DNA of 64,000 nt from an uncultured Enterobacteriaceae bacterium (GCA_964461055.1 CAYWSG010000011.1:61-64060), one strand, 5' to 3'; counted from the stretch's first letter, positions 46,748-60,529 are shown. Notes: generated by a model from the letters alone, not told the origin. A program made the numbers and translations.

Positions 46748-47219
46748 GGCCTGGGATCTTAGACTGCCGGACGAAGCGGCGACGCTCGCGCTCGGGCGCG
46801 CCCTGGCTGCGGGCATCGGTCCGGGACGCGTGCTGCACCTGCGCGGCGAGCTCGGCACGGGCAAGACGACGCTCGTGCGGGGGTGCCTGCGGGCGCTCGG
46901 CGAGTCCGGCCGGATCAAGAGCCCGACCTACAGCCTGGTTGAACTTTATTCGATTTCGAGCTTAAACTTGTATCACTTTGATTTTTATCGATTCAATGAC
47001 AAGAACGAATGGTTGAGCGCGGGGTTCGGGGAATTGTTCGGACCGGACTCGGCCTGCATCGTCGAATGGCCGGAGCGGGCGGGCGATCTTCTCCCCCGGC
47101 CGGACGTGGACGTTCACCTGGCGATCGAGGGGGATGGGCGGCGCGCTGTGCTGACTTCCTGCAGCGAAGCGGGCGCCGCGTGGCTGCGCTTGGCGCGCTC
47201 GCGGTACTCGGCTCCGTAG
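46746..47219 (+). CDS. tsaE: tRNA threonylcarbamoyladenosine biosynthesis ATPase TsaE
   Basis: LPDEAATLALG, Walker A GELGTGKTT, SPTYSLVE and YHFDFYR motifs. The ATG shares the tetranucleotide CATG with the divergent queG start. Confidence 0.92.
   Translation: MAWDLRLPDEAATLALGRALAAGIGPGRVLHLRGELGTGKTTLVRGCLRALGESGRIKSPTYSLVELYSISSLNLYHFDFYRFNDKNEWLSAGFGELFGPDSACIVEWPERAGDLLPRPDVDVHLAIEGDGRRAVLTSCSEAGAAWLRLARSRYSAP
46935..47015. other. AT-rich island inside the tsaE coding sequence
   Basis: CTGGTTGAACTTTATTCGATTTCGAGCTTAAACTTGTATCACTTTGATTTTTATCGATTCAATGACAAGAACGAATGG is visibly far more AT-rich than the surrounding DNA and uses codons (TTA, TTT, GAT, TAT, AAT) that are otherwise rare here. 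Confidence 0.8.
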
Positions 47220-48361
47220 CCTCGGCGCACGCCCAGGTCGTCTCCACGCGGGTGTGGCCGGCGCCGGACTACACGCGGCTCACGCTCGAGTCGAAGAGCG
47301 CGCTCGCCTACACGATGTTCTCCGTCAAGGACCCCGGCCGGCTCGTGCTCGATCTCCAGACCGACGAGCTCACGCCGGCGCTCCTCGAGCTTCACGGCAA
47401 GGTCTCCGAGGAGGATCCGCACCTCAAGGGCCTGCGCGTTGCGTGGAACCGCCCGGGCGTCGTGCGCGTGGTGCTCGACCTGAAGACCGACGTGCTGCCG
47501 CAGGTGTTCACGCTGAAGCCGATTGGCGAATACGGGCATCGGCTGGTGCTCGACGTGTACCCGGTCGTGCCGCACGATCCGCTCGCGAAGCTCATCGAGG
47601 AGACCGAGAAGAAGCGCGCCGCACAGGGGAGCCAGCCGGCGGTGATGCGGCTCGCGACCGTGGTGATCGACGCTGGGCACGGCGGCGAGGACCCCGGCGC
47701 GATCGGCCGGCGCGGCTCGCGCGAAAAGGATGTCACGCTCAGCATCGCGCGGCGGCTGAAAGCCCTGATCGACGCGGAGCCGGACATGCGCGCCCTCCTC
47801 ACGCGTGACGGCGACTACTACCTGCCGCTCCAGGCTCGCGTCGACAAGGCGCGCCGGGTGCGCGCCGATCTCTTCGTCTCCATCCATGCCGACGCGTTCG
47901 TGCGCCCGCATGCGCGCGGCTCCTCGGTCTTCGCGCTCTCCGAGCGCCGGGCGACTTCCGAGGCGGCGCGCTGGCTCGCCAATCGCGAGAACGACGCCGA
48001 CCTGATCGGCGGGGTGAACCTCGACATCAAGGACCGCCACCTCGCCCGCACGCTCCTCGACCTTTCGCAGACGGCCACCATCGACCACAGCCTGCGGCTG
48101 GGCAGCGCGGTGCTGCGCCGGCTGGGGGACGTCAACACGCTGCACAAGCCAGAGGTCGAGCAGGCGAGCTTCGCGGTGCTCAAGGCGCCCGACATTCCCT
48201 CGATCCTCATCGAGACGGCCTTCATCTCCAACCCGGAGGAAGAGCGGCGCCTGAACGACAAGGCCTATCAGGAGCGCCTCGCCCGCGCCATCCTCGGCGG
48301 CATCCGGGAGTACTTCACCAAGCATCCGCCCCGGCCGCAGTCCCCGCTCGCGCTCAATTAG
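47066..48361 (+). CDS. amiC: N-acetylmuramoyl-L-alanine amidase (AmiC/AmiB-type, Tat-like signal, AMIN domain)
   Basis: SGRRVAALGALAVLGSVASAHA signal, AMIN-like VWPAPDYTRLTLES, and amidase_3 VVIDAGHGGEDPGA. The start is uncertain (ATG 47066 or 47009) but must lie upstream of the RR at 47171, so it overlaps tsaE. Confidence 0.88.
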   Translation: MAGAGGRSSPPAGRGRSPGDRGGWAARCADFLQRSGRRVAALGALAVLGSVASAHAQVVSTRVWPAPDYTRLTLESKSALAYTMFSVKDPGRLVLDLQTDELTPALLELHGKVSEEDPHLKGLRVAWNRPGVVRVVLDLKTDVLPQVFTLKPIGEYGHRLVLDVYPVVPHDPLAKLIEETEKKRAAQGSQPAVMRLATVVIDAGHGGEDPGAIGRRGSREKDVTLSIARRLKALIDAEPDMRALLTRDGDYYLPLQARVDKARRVRADLFVSIHADAFVRPHARGSSVFALSERRATSEAARWLANRENDADLIGGVNLDIKDRHLARTLLDLSQTATIDHSLRLGSAVLRRLGDVNTLHKPEVEQASFAVLKAPDIPSILIETAFISNPEEERRLNDKAYQERLARAILGGIREYFTKHPPRPQSPLALN

Positions 48362-49062
48362 CGCTGTTCTGGCTGGGTCGACCGTTCTGGCTGGGTCGAC
48401 CTCACGGGAAGCCGGGTGCGCACCCAGGCGACGAGCCCGGGCGACACGGACACGAGCACGATGGCGACGATGACGAGCGTGAGGTTCTCGCGCACCACCG
48501 GCAGGTTGCCGAAGAGGTAGCCTGCCACGCTGAGCGAAACGACCCAGATGAGCGCGCCCGCGACGCAGTAGGCGATGTAGCGCGGATACGGCATGGCGCC
48601 CATGCCGGCGACGAACGGCGCATAGGTCCGCACGATCGGGACGAAGCGGGCGAGGATGATCGTCTTGCCGCCGTGGCGCTCATAGAAGGCGCGCGCGCGC
48701 TCGAGGTGCGCCGGATTGAGGAGCCACGACTCCCGCGAGTAGAAGATGCGCGGGCCGATCCAGCGGCCGATCCAGTAATTGACGTTGTCGCCGCAGAGCG
48801 CCGCGGCTACCAGCGTCATGATGAGGAGGTAGAGATCCATGCCGCCCACCGCGGCCACCGCGCCGGCGACGAAAAGCAGCGAGTCGCCCGGCAGGAACGG
48901 CGTGACGACGAGCCCCGTCTCGCAGAACACGATGGCGAAGAGCAGCGCGTAGACCCACGGGCCGTGCTGCGCGACGAAGGCCTCGAGGTGCACGTCGAGA
49001 TGCACGACGAGATCCCACGCCAGGGTAGCGAGATCCCGCAGGGACAGGCCGCCGATTTCCAT
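48358..49062 (-). CDS. DedA family inner membrane protein
   Basis: 234 aa with FCETGLVVTPFLPGDSLLF and HGGKTIILARFVPIVRTYAPFVAG motifs. Its stop overlaps the amiC stop by 3 nt (convergent). Confidence 0.9.
   Translation of the reverse strand: MEIGGLSLRDLATLAWDLVVHLDVHLEAFVAQHGPWVYALLFAIVFCETGLVVTPFLPGDSLLFVAGAVAAVGGMDLYLLIMTLVAAALCGDNVNYWIGRWIGPRIFYSRESWLLNPAHLERARAFYERHGGKTIILARFVPIVRTYAPFVAGMGAMPYPRYIAYCVAGALIWVVSLSVAGYLFGNLPVVRENLTLVIVAIVLVSVSPGLVAWVRTRLPVRSTQPERSTQPEQR
48366..48401. repeat. Perfect 18-bp tandem duplication at the 3-prime end of the dedA-family gene
   Basis: GTTCTGGCTGGGTCGACC x2, encoding STQPER-STQPEQ at the protein C-terminus. Confidence 0.9.
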
Positions 49063-49068
49063 GCGGCC

Positions 49069-49080
49069 ATTCTATATACT
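49069..49080. promoter_or_regulatory. Back-to-back -10-like hexamers between the dedA-family gene and mutL
   Basis: ATTCTATATACT reads TAGAAT on the minus strand, ending 6 nt before the dedA ATG (49062). It reads TATACT/TATATA on the plus strand, 5-7 nt before the mutL GTG at 49086. Confidence 0.35.
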
Positions 49081-50855
49081 TGGGCGTGGCCTCCATCCGC
49101 GTTCTTCCCGATCTGCTCATAAGCCAGATAGCGGCCGGCGAAGTCGTCGAGCGGCCCGCGTCGGTCCTGAAGGAGCTCCTCGAGAACAGCCTCGACGCCG
49201 GCGCCGGAGCGATCACCGTGGCGCTCGACGAGGGCGGCGTGCGCCGCATCCAGGTCGAGGACGACGGCGAGGGCATCGCCGAGGCGGACGTTCCCCTCGC
49301 CGCCGCGCGGCACGCCACGAGCAAGATCGCCACGCTGCAGGACCTCGAGGGCGTGGCGACGATGGGATTTCGCGGCGAGGCGCTCGCCTCCATCGCCTCG
49401 GTGTCGCGCCTCTCGCTCGTCACGCGACGCCGGGAGGCCGCGCACGGCGCCTCGCTCTGCGTGGAAGGCGGCGAGGCGGGCGAGGTGCGGCCGGCCGCGC
49501 GCGCGCCGGGAACGACCGTGGCGGTCGCGGACCTCTACTTCAACACGCCGGCGCGGCGCAAGTTCCTTCGCACCGAAGCCACCGAGTTCGGCCACTGCGA
49601 CGAGGTGTTCCGGCGCTCGGCGCTCGCGCGGCCCGACATCGCCTTCACGCTGAAGCACAACGGGCGCGTAAGCCGCCACCTGCGCGCGCAGCCGCTCGCC
49701 GAGCGCGCCGCCGCCGTCCTCGGCGCGGAAGCGATGCGGGCCTCGCTGCCGGTGGAGGCGCAAAGCGGGTCGCTCCGGCTCTTCGGCTTCGCGGGCAGCC
49801 CGCATGCGGCGCGCGCGCGCGCCGACGGGCAGTACTTTTTCGTGAACGGGCGCTTCGTCCGCGACCGGCTGCTCGCGCACGCGGCGCGCGAAGCGTACGC
49901 GGGCCTCCTGCACGGCGAGCGCCAGCCGGCGTACGTGCTCTTCCTCGAGCTCGACCCGCGCGCGGTCGACGTCAACGTCCACCCCGCCAAGACGGAGGTG
50001 CGCTTTCGCGATTCGCGCGCCGTCCATCAGTTCGTGCGGCACGCGCTCGAGCGCGCCCTTTCCGCGAGCGCCGCGCAGGCGCCCGTGGCCTACGCGGCGG
50101 TCGGCGAGCGCGCCTACGCATCCCTCAGCGCCTCTCCCTCGCAAGCGTCCCTTCAGGTCTCGCAGCCGGCGCAGGCGTACGAGGCCTTCATGCAGTCGGC
50201 ATTGAAAGGCGCGTTGCCCGCCTCCGGCCAGCCGGAAGGAAGGCGCGAAAGACCTGAGGACCCCGGGAACGAGCATCCGCTGGGGTATGCCCTGGCGCAG
50301 CTCCACGGCATCTACATCCTCGCGCAGAACGCGGCCGGGCTCGTCCTCGTCGACATGCACGCCGCCCACGAGCGCATCGTGATGGAGAAGCTCAAGAGAA
50401 ACCTCGCTCAGGGCGCGGTGCAGCGCCAGGCGCTCCTCGTGCCGGCGGTGCTCCGGGCCGAGGCGCTCGACGTCGCCACCGCCGAGGAGCACCGCGAAAC
50501 GCTCGAGCGCCTGGGCATCGAGGTGTCGGCGAGCGGTCCCGCCGAGCTCGCCGTGCGCGCCGCGCCGGCGCCGCTCGCGAATGGCGACATCCCGGCGCTC
50601 GTGCGCACCGTGCTCGCCGAGATCCGCGAGTTCGGCGCGAGCGAGGCGCTCGCGGGCCGGCAGGAGGAGCTCCTCGCCACCATGGCCTGCCACGCCGCCG
50701 TGCGCGCGAACCGCAGCCTGTCGATCGCCGAGATGAACGCGCTCCTTCGCGAGATGGAGGCGACCGAGCGCTCGGGAAGCTGCAATCACGGCCGGCCGAC
50801 GTGGTACCAGCTCACGCTGGCCGACCTCGACCGGCTCTTCATGCGGGGACGCTGA
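49080..50855 (+). CDS. mutL: DNA mismatch repair endonuclease MutL
   Basis: IRVLPDLLISQIAAGEVVERPASVLKELLENSLDAGA. Start at TTG 49080 or, more likely, GTG 49086. Confidence 0.95.
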   Translation: MGVASIRVLPDLLISQIAAGEVVERPASVLKELLENSLDAGAGAITVALDEGGVRRIQVEDDGEGIAEADVPLAAARHATSKIATLQDLEGVATMGFRGEALASIASVSRLSLVTRRREAAHGASLCVEGGEAGEVRPAARAPGTTVAVADLYFNTPARRKFLRTEATEFGHCDEVFRRSALARPDIAFTLKHNGRVSRHLRAQPLAERAAAVLGAEAMRASLPVEAQSGSLRLFGFAGSPHAARARADGQYFFVNGRFVRDRLLAHAAREAYAGLLHGERQPAYVLFLELDPRAVDVNVHPAKTEVRFRDSRAVHQFVRHALERALSASAAQAPVAYAAVGERAYASLSASPSQASLQVSQPAQAYEAFMQSALKGALPASGQPEGRRERPEDPGNEHPLGYALAQLHGIYILAQNAAGLVLVDMHAAHERIVMEKLKRNLAQGAVQRQALLVPAVLRAEALDVATAEEHRETLERLGIEVSASGPAELAVRAAPAPLANGDIPALVRTVLAEIREFGASEALAGRQEELLATMACHAAVRANRSLSIAEMNALLREMEATERSGSCNHGRPTWYQLTLADLDRLFMRGR

Positions 50856-51602
50856 ATGGACAAGGTCATGCTGATCACGGGCGGTGGCCGCGGCATCGGC
50901 GCGGCCACCGCGCGGCTCGCCGCCGCGCGCGGCTACGCCGTCTGCATCAATTACCTGCGCGATGCCGCCTCCGCGCAGGCGCTTCGCCGCGACATCGAGC
51001 GCGCGGGCGGGAAGGCCCATGCCGTCGCGGGCGACGTCTCCGTCGAGGCGGATGTCCTGCGGCTCTTCGACGAGACGGAGCGCTCGCTCGGGCGCCTCGA
51101 CGTCCTCGTGAACAACGCCGGCATCGTCGACCGCGGCATGCGCGTCGAGGCGATGAGCGCCGAGCGGCTGCAGCGCATGTTCGCGATCAACATCACGGGA
51201 AGCTTCCTCTGCGCGCGCGAGGCCGTGAAGCGCATGTCGACCCGCCATGGCGGCAAGGGCGGCGCCATCGTCAACGTTTCCTCGATCGCCGCGCGCCTCG
51301 GCGGCGCCGGCGAGTACGTGGACTACGCCGCCTCCAAGGGCGCCATCGACACGCTCACCGTCGGCCTCGCGAAGGAGGTTGGCCCGGACGGCATCCGGGT
51401 GAATGCGGTACGACCGGGCGTGATCCGCACCGACATCCACCTCGCGAGCGGCGATCCGGCGCGCGTGGAGCGCATCGGCGCCACGGCGCCGCTCGGGCGC
51501 CCGGGAGAGCCGGAGGAGATCGCGCGCACGATCCTCTGGCTCGCCTCGGACGAGGCCTCCTACCTCACCGGCGCGCTCGTCGACGTCACCGGCGGCCGCT
51601 AG
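50856..51602 (+). CDS. SDR family oxidoreductase
   Basis: [12 protein letters not shown] and YAASKGA motifs. The ATG immediately follows the mutL stop. Confidence 0.9.
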   Translation: MDKVMLITGGGRGIGAATARLAAARGYAVCINYLRDAASAQALRRDIERAGGKAHAVAGDVSVEADVLRLFDETERSLGRLDVLVNNAGIVDRGMRVEAMSAERLQRMFAINITGSFLCAREAVKRMSTRHGGKGGAIVNVSSIAARLGGAGEYVDYAASKGAIDTLTVGLAKEVGPDGIRVNAVRPGVIRTDIHLASGDPARVERIGATAPLGRPGEPEEIARTILWLASDEASYLTGALVDVTGGR

Positions 51603-51603
51603 C

Positions 51604-52530
51604 TTGGCGGGCGAAGCGCTCGTCCTGCTCGGGCCGACCGCGAGCGGCAAGTCGCGCCTCGCGCTCGAGCTCGCGGCGCGCGGGCCCGTCGAGATCGTCT
51701 CGGTCGATTCGGCGCTCGTCTACCGCGGGCTCGACATCGGCACCGCGAAGCCGAGCCTGGAAGAGCGCGCGCGCGTGCCGCACCACCTCATCGACCTCGT
51801 GCCGCCCGACGAGGCGTACTCGACCGGCCGCTGGCGCGCCGACGCGCTCGCCGCCGTGGCGGACGTCTTCGCCCGCGGGCGGATTCCGCTTCTCGTCGGC
51901 GGCACCATGCTCTACTACCAGGCGCTCGTCGCGGGGCTCGACACGCTGCCGCAGGGCGATGCCCGGCTTCGCCGGGAGATCGACGCCGAGGCGGCGAGGC
52001 GCGGCTGGCCGGCGCTGCATGCCGAGCTCGCGCGCGTGGATCCCGCGAGCGCGGCGCGCATCCAGCCCGCCGACGCGCAGCGCATCCAGCGGGCGCTCGA
52101 AGTGTGGCGCCTCACGGGCGAGCCGCTTTCTTCGCTGCAGGGCCGCTCGCGGCCGGGGCTCGCCTTCGGGCTTCGCGGCTTCGCGCTCGTGCCCGCCGAG
52201 CGCGCCGCGCTGCACGCGGCGATCGAGCGGCGCTTCGACGCGATGCTGGCGGCCGGGCTCGTGGAGGAGCTGCGCGCGCTCAAGGAGCGCCATCCCCTGC
52301 ACGAGGGGCTGCCGAGCATGCGCGCGGTAGGCTATCGGCAGGCCTGGGACTTGCTCGCCGGCCGGATCGACGCCGGCGAGATGCGCGCGCGCGCGATCGC
52401 GGCGACGCGCCAGCTCGCCAAGCGGCAGCTCACCTGGCTGCGGCGCTTTCCCGAGCTCGAGCGCCTGGAGAGCGGAACGCCCGCGCTCGAGCGCGCAGCG
52501 CTCGCGCGCCTCCTTGCCGCGATGCCGTAG
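51604..52530 (+). CDS. miaA: tRNA dimethylallyltransferase
   Basis: P-loop [24 protein letters not shown] and HHLIDL. TTG start 1 nt after the SDR stop. Confidence 0.93.
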   Translation: MAGEALVLLGPTASGKSRLALELAARGPVEIVSVDSALVYRGLDIGTAKPSLEERARVPHHLIDLVPPDEAYSTGRWRADALAAVADVFARGRIPLLVGGTMLYYQALVAGLDTLPQGDARLRREIDAEAARRGWPALHAELARVDPASAARIQPADAQRIQRALEVWRLTGEPLSSLQGRSRPGLAFGLRGFALVPAERAALHAAIERRFDAMLAAGLVEELRALKERHPLHEGLPSMRAVGYRQAWDLLAGRIDAGEMRARAIAATRQLAKRQLTWLRRFPELERLESGTPALERAALARLLAAMP

Positions 52531-52538
52531 CCGGCAAG

Positions 52539-52766
52539 TCATTCGTTCTTCCAGACGCCGCGCGCATTCAGCGCGGCGAGGAAGAACTGTAGCCCGACCA
52601 GCGCATACGCATGGTCGTACAGGCCCCAGGCCACCCAGAGTACGTTGCTCAGGAGGAAGATCCAGAAGCCGACGGCGCGCTTGCGGGCGCTGCGCGAGGC
52701 GACGAGCCACGCGCCGGCTACGGTGGCCACCATGGCGGGCCATTGCAGGAGATCGAGGTAGTCCAT
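52539..52766 (-). CDS. Small (75 aa) three-TM membrane protein of unknown function
   Basis: MDYLDLLQWPAMVATVAGAWLVASRSARKRAVGFWIFLLSNVLWVAWGLYDHAYALVGLQFFLAALNARGVWKNE. Three hydrophobic helices with W/N-rich motifs. No family assigned with confidence. Confidence 0.6.
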   Translation of the reverse strand: MDYLDLLQWPAMVATVAGAWLVASRSARKRAVGFWIFLLSNVLWVAWGLYDHAYALVGLQFFLAALNARGVWKNE

Positions 52767-52812
52767 TCAAATGAACCAGACCGCTGCGGGCAACGCTCGT
52801 TCAGGAGAGCGC

Positions 52813-53699
<887 letters not shown>

Positions 53700-53703
<4 letters not shown>

Positions 53704-55396
53704 AAGGCCGGCTCGCGCGCCCCGACCGTCCCGTCGCGCCGCGGATCGGCCCCGCCGCGCCAGCCGTACGCGAAGCGCTCGATGCCGTGCAGGCCGCTCG
53801 TCATGGCGTGGATCGCCACTTCGTGCCCGCGCGCGCGAAGCGCCGGCGCGAGGCGCTCGTAGGACGTGCCCGCCTCGAGCTCGGTGGGCCCGTTGCGGTT
53901 GCCGAAATTTGGCGCGGCGATGGCCTCCGGGAGCGGCAGCTTCCAGTCGAGCACGCCCACGAGCGTACTTGCGACGTAGCCGATGATGCGCGGGCCGCCG
54001 GGCGAGCCGAGGGCGAGCCGCACTTCGCCGTCGGCGCCGAAGACGATCGCGGGCGCCATGCTCGAGCGCGGGCGCTTGCCGCCCGCCACGGCGTTCGGGC
54101 CGCCGGGGCGAAAGTCGAAGTCGGTGAGCTCGTTGTTGAGGAAGAAGCCGCGCACCAGGATGCGGCTGCCGAACGCCGCCTCGACGGTGCTCGTCATGGA
54201 GACGATGTTCCCTTCCCCGTCGAGGATGGTGAAGTGCGTCGTGCCGGAGGACTCGGGATCGCCCGCCGGCGCGAGCTCGAGCGCCCGCTCGCCGATCAGC
54301 TGCACGCGCCTGCTCAGGTAGCCCGGGTCGAGCAGCTCGTCCACGGGCACGTCGACGTAGTCCGGATCGCCGAGGTAGCGCGCCCGGTCGGCGAACGCGA
54401 GCCGGCTCGCTTCGGCGAAGAGGTGCACCGCCTCGGCCGAGTGCGCGGGCCGCTCGGCGAAGGCGGTGCGCTCCAGGAGCCCGAGGATCTGCAGGAGCGC
54501 CACGCCGCCCGAGCTCGGCGGCGGCATGGAGCAGACGCGCCAGACCCGGTAGGGACCGCACAGGGGCTCGCGCTCCTTTGCCCGGTAGCCGAGCAGGTCC
54601 TCCTCCGTCAGGTCGCCCGGCCGCGCGTGCGAGCGCACCGCGCGCACGATGTCCTGTGCGATCGCGCCCTGGTAGAACGCGCTCGCCCCCTGCAGCGCGA
54701 TGGCGTTCAGCGTCGCGCCGTAGGCCGGATTGACGACGCGCTCGCCGACGGCCTTCGGCCGGCCGTCCCGGTCGTAGAAGATGCGCCGGGCGTAGGGATC
54801 GTCGCGAAGGTGAGGGTTGCGCTCGAGCGCCGCATGCAGCCGCGGCGGCATCGGAAAGCCTTCCTCGGCGGCGTAGATGGCGTAGCGCAGGTTCTCCGCC
54901 CAACGCAGGCGACCGTGGCGCTCGTGCGCCAGCTCGAGCAGGCGCAGCACGCCCGGCACGCCGACCGAGCGTCCGCTCTCCACGGCTTCGACGAAGTCGA
55001 GCGGCCTGCCTTGCGCGTCCAGGAATCGTGCGGGACGGGCAGCGGCGGGCGCCGTCTCGCGGCCGTCGTAGGCCCGCAGCTTCTTCTCCTGCTCGGACCA
55101 GTACAGCATGAATGCGCCGCCGCCGATGCCGGAGGATTGCGGCTCGACGAGGCCGAGCACGGCCTGCACCGCCACGGCCGCGTCGACCGCGCTGCCGCCC
55201 AGCCTGAGCACGGTCATCCCCGCGTCCACGGCGAGCGGGTGAGCCGCCGCGACCATGAGCGGGCCGCTGGGCGCGAAGCCCGGCTCGTCGCGCGGTGCGA
55301 GCTGCGCGCAGCCCGCGAGCAGCAGCGCGAGCGGAGCGCCAAAAAGAAAAAGGGCGGCCGCAGCCGCCCTTTTCGCGAGGATCGCTCGCAGGGTCG

Positions 55397-55400
<4 letters not shown>
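53700..55400 (-). CDS. ggt: Gamma-glutamyltransferase, probable lipoprotein
   Basis: Lipobox LLLAGC and the autoprocessing Thr region [12 protein letters not shown]. The GTG start overlaps the hppA stop (GTGA). Confidence 0.9.
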
Positions 55401-57496
<2,096 letters not shown>

Positions 57497-57524
57497 GATT
57501 CTTCTCTCCCCGAAAAGGGCTCGA

Positions 57525-57530
57525 ATTTTA
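57525..57530 (-). promoter_or_regulatory. Putative -10 hexamer TAAAAT for hppA
   Basis: The minus strand reads CTGCTAAAATTCGAGCCCTTTTCGGGGAGAGAAGAATCATG. A purine-rich SD follows. No clear -35. Confidence 0.3.
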
Positions 57531-57559
57531 GCAGGAGCGCGCCCCGCGGCGCGCCCGGA

Positions 57560-59115
<1,556 letters not shown>

Positions 59116-59144
<29 letters not shown>

Positions 59145-60099
59145 TCACTCTCCCCAGGAGCCAGTCGCCGAAGGCCGGATCGAGCCGGGCGCTCACCGGC
59201 AGCACCCACCATTGCGGCCGCGCGGCGCCGCGCAATTTTACCGCGTCCTTCTCCGTCATCAGGACGGGCTCGTCGCCGGCGAAGTCGAGGTCCGCCGGCT
59301 TGAACGGGTGATGGTCGGGAAACGGATGCGGCACGGGCTTCAGGCCGAGCTTCATCAGATGGAGGAAGAACCGGTTCGGGTCCCCGATGCCCGCCACGGC
59401 GTGCACCCGGCGGCCGGCGAAGTCGGCGGCGCGGCGACGGTCCCGCGCGTCGGTCATGCGGTGGAAGACTTCCCCTTCGAGGACCATGGCGAAAGCGTTT
59501 TTCAGCCCCGCCGCGCCGTGGGCGACGACCGCGTCGACGCTGCGTAGGCGAGCGCGCGGCTCGCGAAGCGGCCCGGCCGGAAAGAGAAAGCCGTTGCCCA
59601 GGCCGCGCCGGTCCACGACCGCGATCTCCAGATCGCGCCGCAGCCGGTAGTGCTGCAGTCCGTCATCGAGAATGACGACGTCCACGTCCGGATGCTGGGC
59701 GCGTAGCGCCGCGATCACCGCCAGACGATCGGCGCCGACCCAGACGGGGCAGCCGCTGCGGCGCGCGAGGAGGATCGGCTCGTCCCCGACGTCCTCGGCC
59801 GCCGAGGCGATGGTGGCGGCGCGCGGCGCCGGGCCGCCCCGGCCGCCGTAGCCGCGCGAGACGATCGCGGGCGAGCAGCCCTTGGACTTCAGGAATTCCG
59901 CGATCCAGATGACGAGCGGCGTCTTGCCGCTGCCGCCGGCGACGATGTTGCCTACGACGATGACCGGAATGCCCGGATGGCGGCTCCTCAGGAGGCGCAC
60001 GGCGTAAAGAAGCCGGCGCGCACGCACGACCAGCGCGAAGGCGAGGCTCGCCGGCCACAGCAGCCAGGCTGGCACGCCGCGCCGGTACCAGAACTTCAC
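59116..60099 (-). CDS. lpxK: Tetraacyldisaccharide 4-prime-kinase
   Basis: [17 protein letters not shown]-loop, 327 aa. Confidence 0.93.
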
Positions 60100-60100
60100 G

Positions 60101-60517
60101 CTAGCGCGCCGTCTGCGTGGTGAAGGTGATGCGCGGGAGCCCTGCGATGCGTGCGGCCTCCATGACCCGCACCACCGCCTGGTGCGTGGCCGAGGCGTCC
60201 GCGCTGATCACCACCACGGGGTCGTTCATGGGCGCGGCGGCCCGGCGCAAATCGTCGGCAAGCTGCTCGGGGCTCGCGAAGGCGACCGGCGAGTGGTTGA
60301 TGACGTACTGGCCCTGCGCGTTGACGAGCACCGTCACCTCGTTGGGCCGCTCCTTCTGCTGCTCGGCGTCCGCCGTCGGCAGGTTGATCTGCAGCTCGGT
60401 GTACTTCGAGTACGTGGTGGTGATCATGAGGAAGATGATGATCACCAGCATCACGTCGATGAGGGGCACCAGGTTGATCTCCAGGGGCTCCTTCTCGCGG
60501 CCGCGCCGGAAGTTCAC
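60101..60517 (-). CDS. exbD: Biopolymer transport protein ExbD/TolR
   Basis: 138 aa (INLVPLIDVMLVIIIFLMIT). Confidence 0.92.
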   Translation of the reverse strand: MNFRRGREKEPLEINLVPLIDVMLVIIIFLMITTTYSKYTELQINLPTADAEQQKERPNEVTVLVNAQGQYVINHSPVAFASPEQLADDLRRAAAPMNDPVVVISADASATHQAVVRVMEAARIAGLPRITFTTQTAR

Positions 60518-60529
60518 GCGCGCTGCACC

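Noticed and set aside
50856-52530. An SDR gene is wedged between mutL and miaA, and hfq is absent after miaA. This departs from the amiB-mutL-miaA-hfq superoperon known from E. coli.
   Set aside because: Gene order in this cluster varies widely between lineages, and hfq is probably elsewhere. On its own it has no functional implication that I can support.
57536-57557. GC-rich hairpin (GCGCGCC-CCGC-GGCGCGC) just after the adk stop, as a terminator.
   Set aside because: No T-tract follows it on the adk strand, and the sequence is largely self-palindromic GC filler. It is too weak to call, although it may still pause or terminate transcription.
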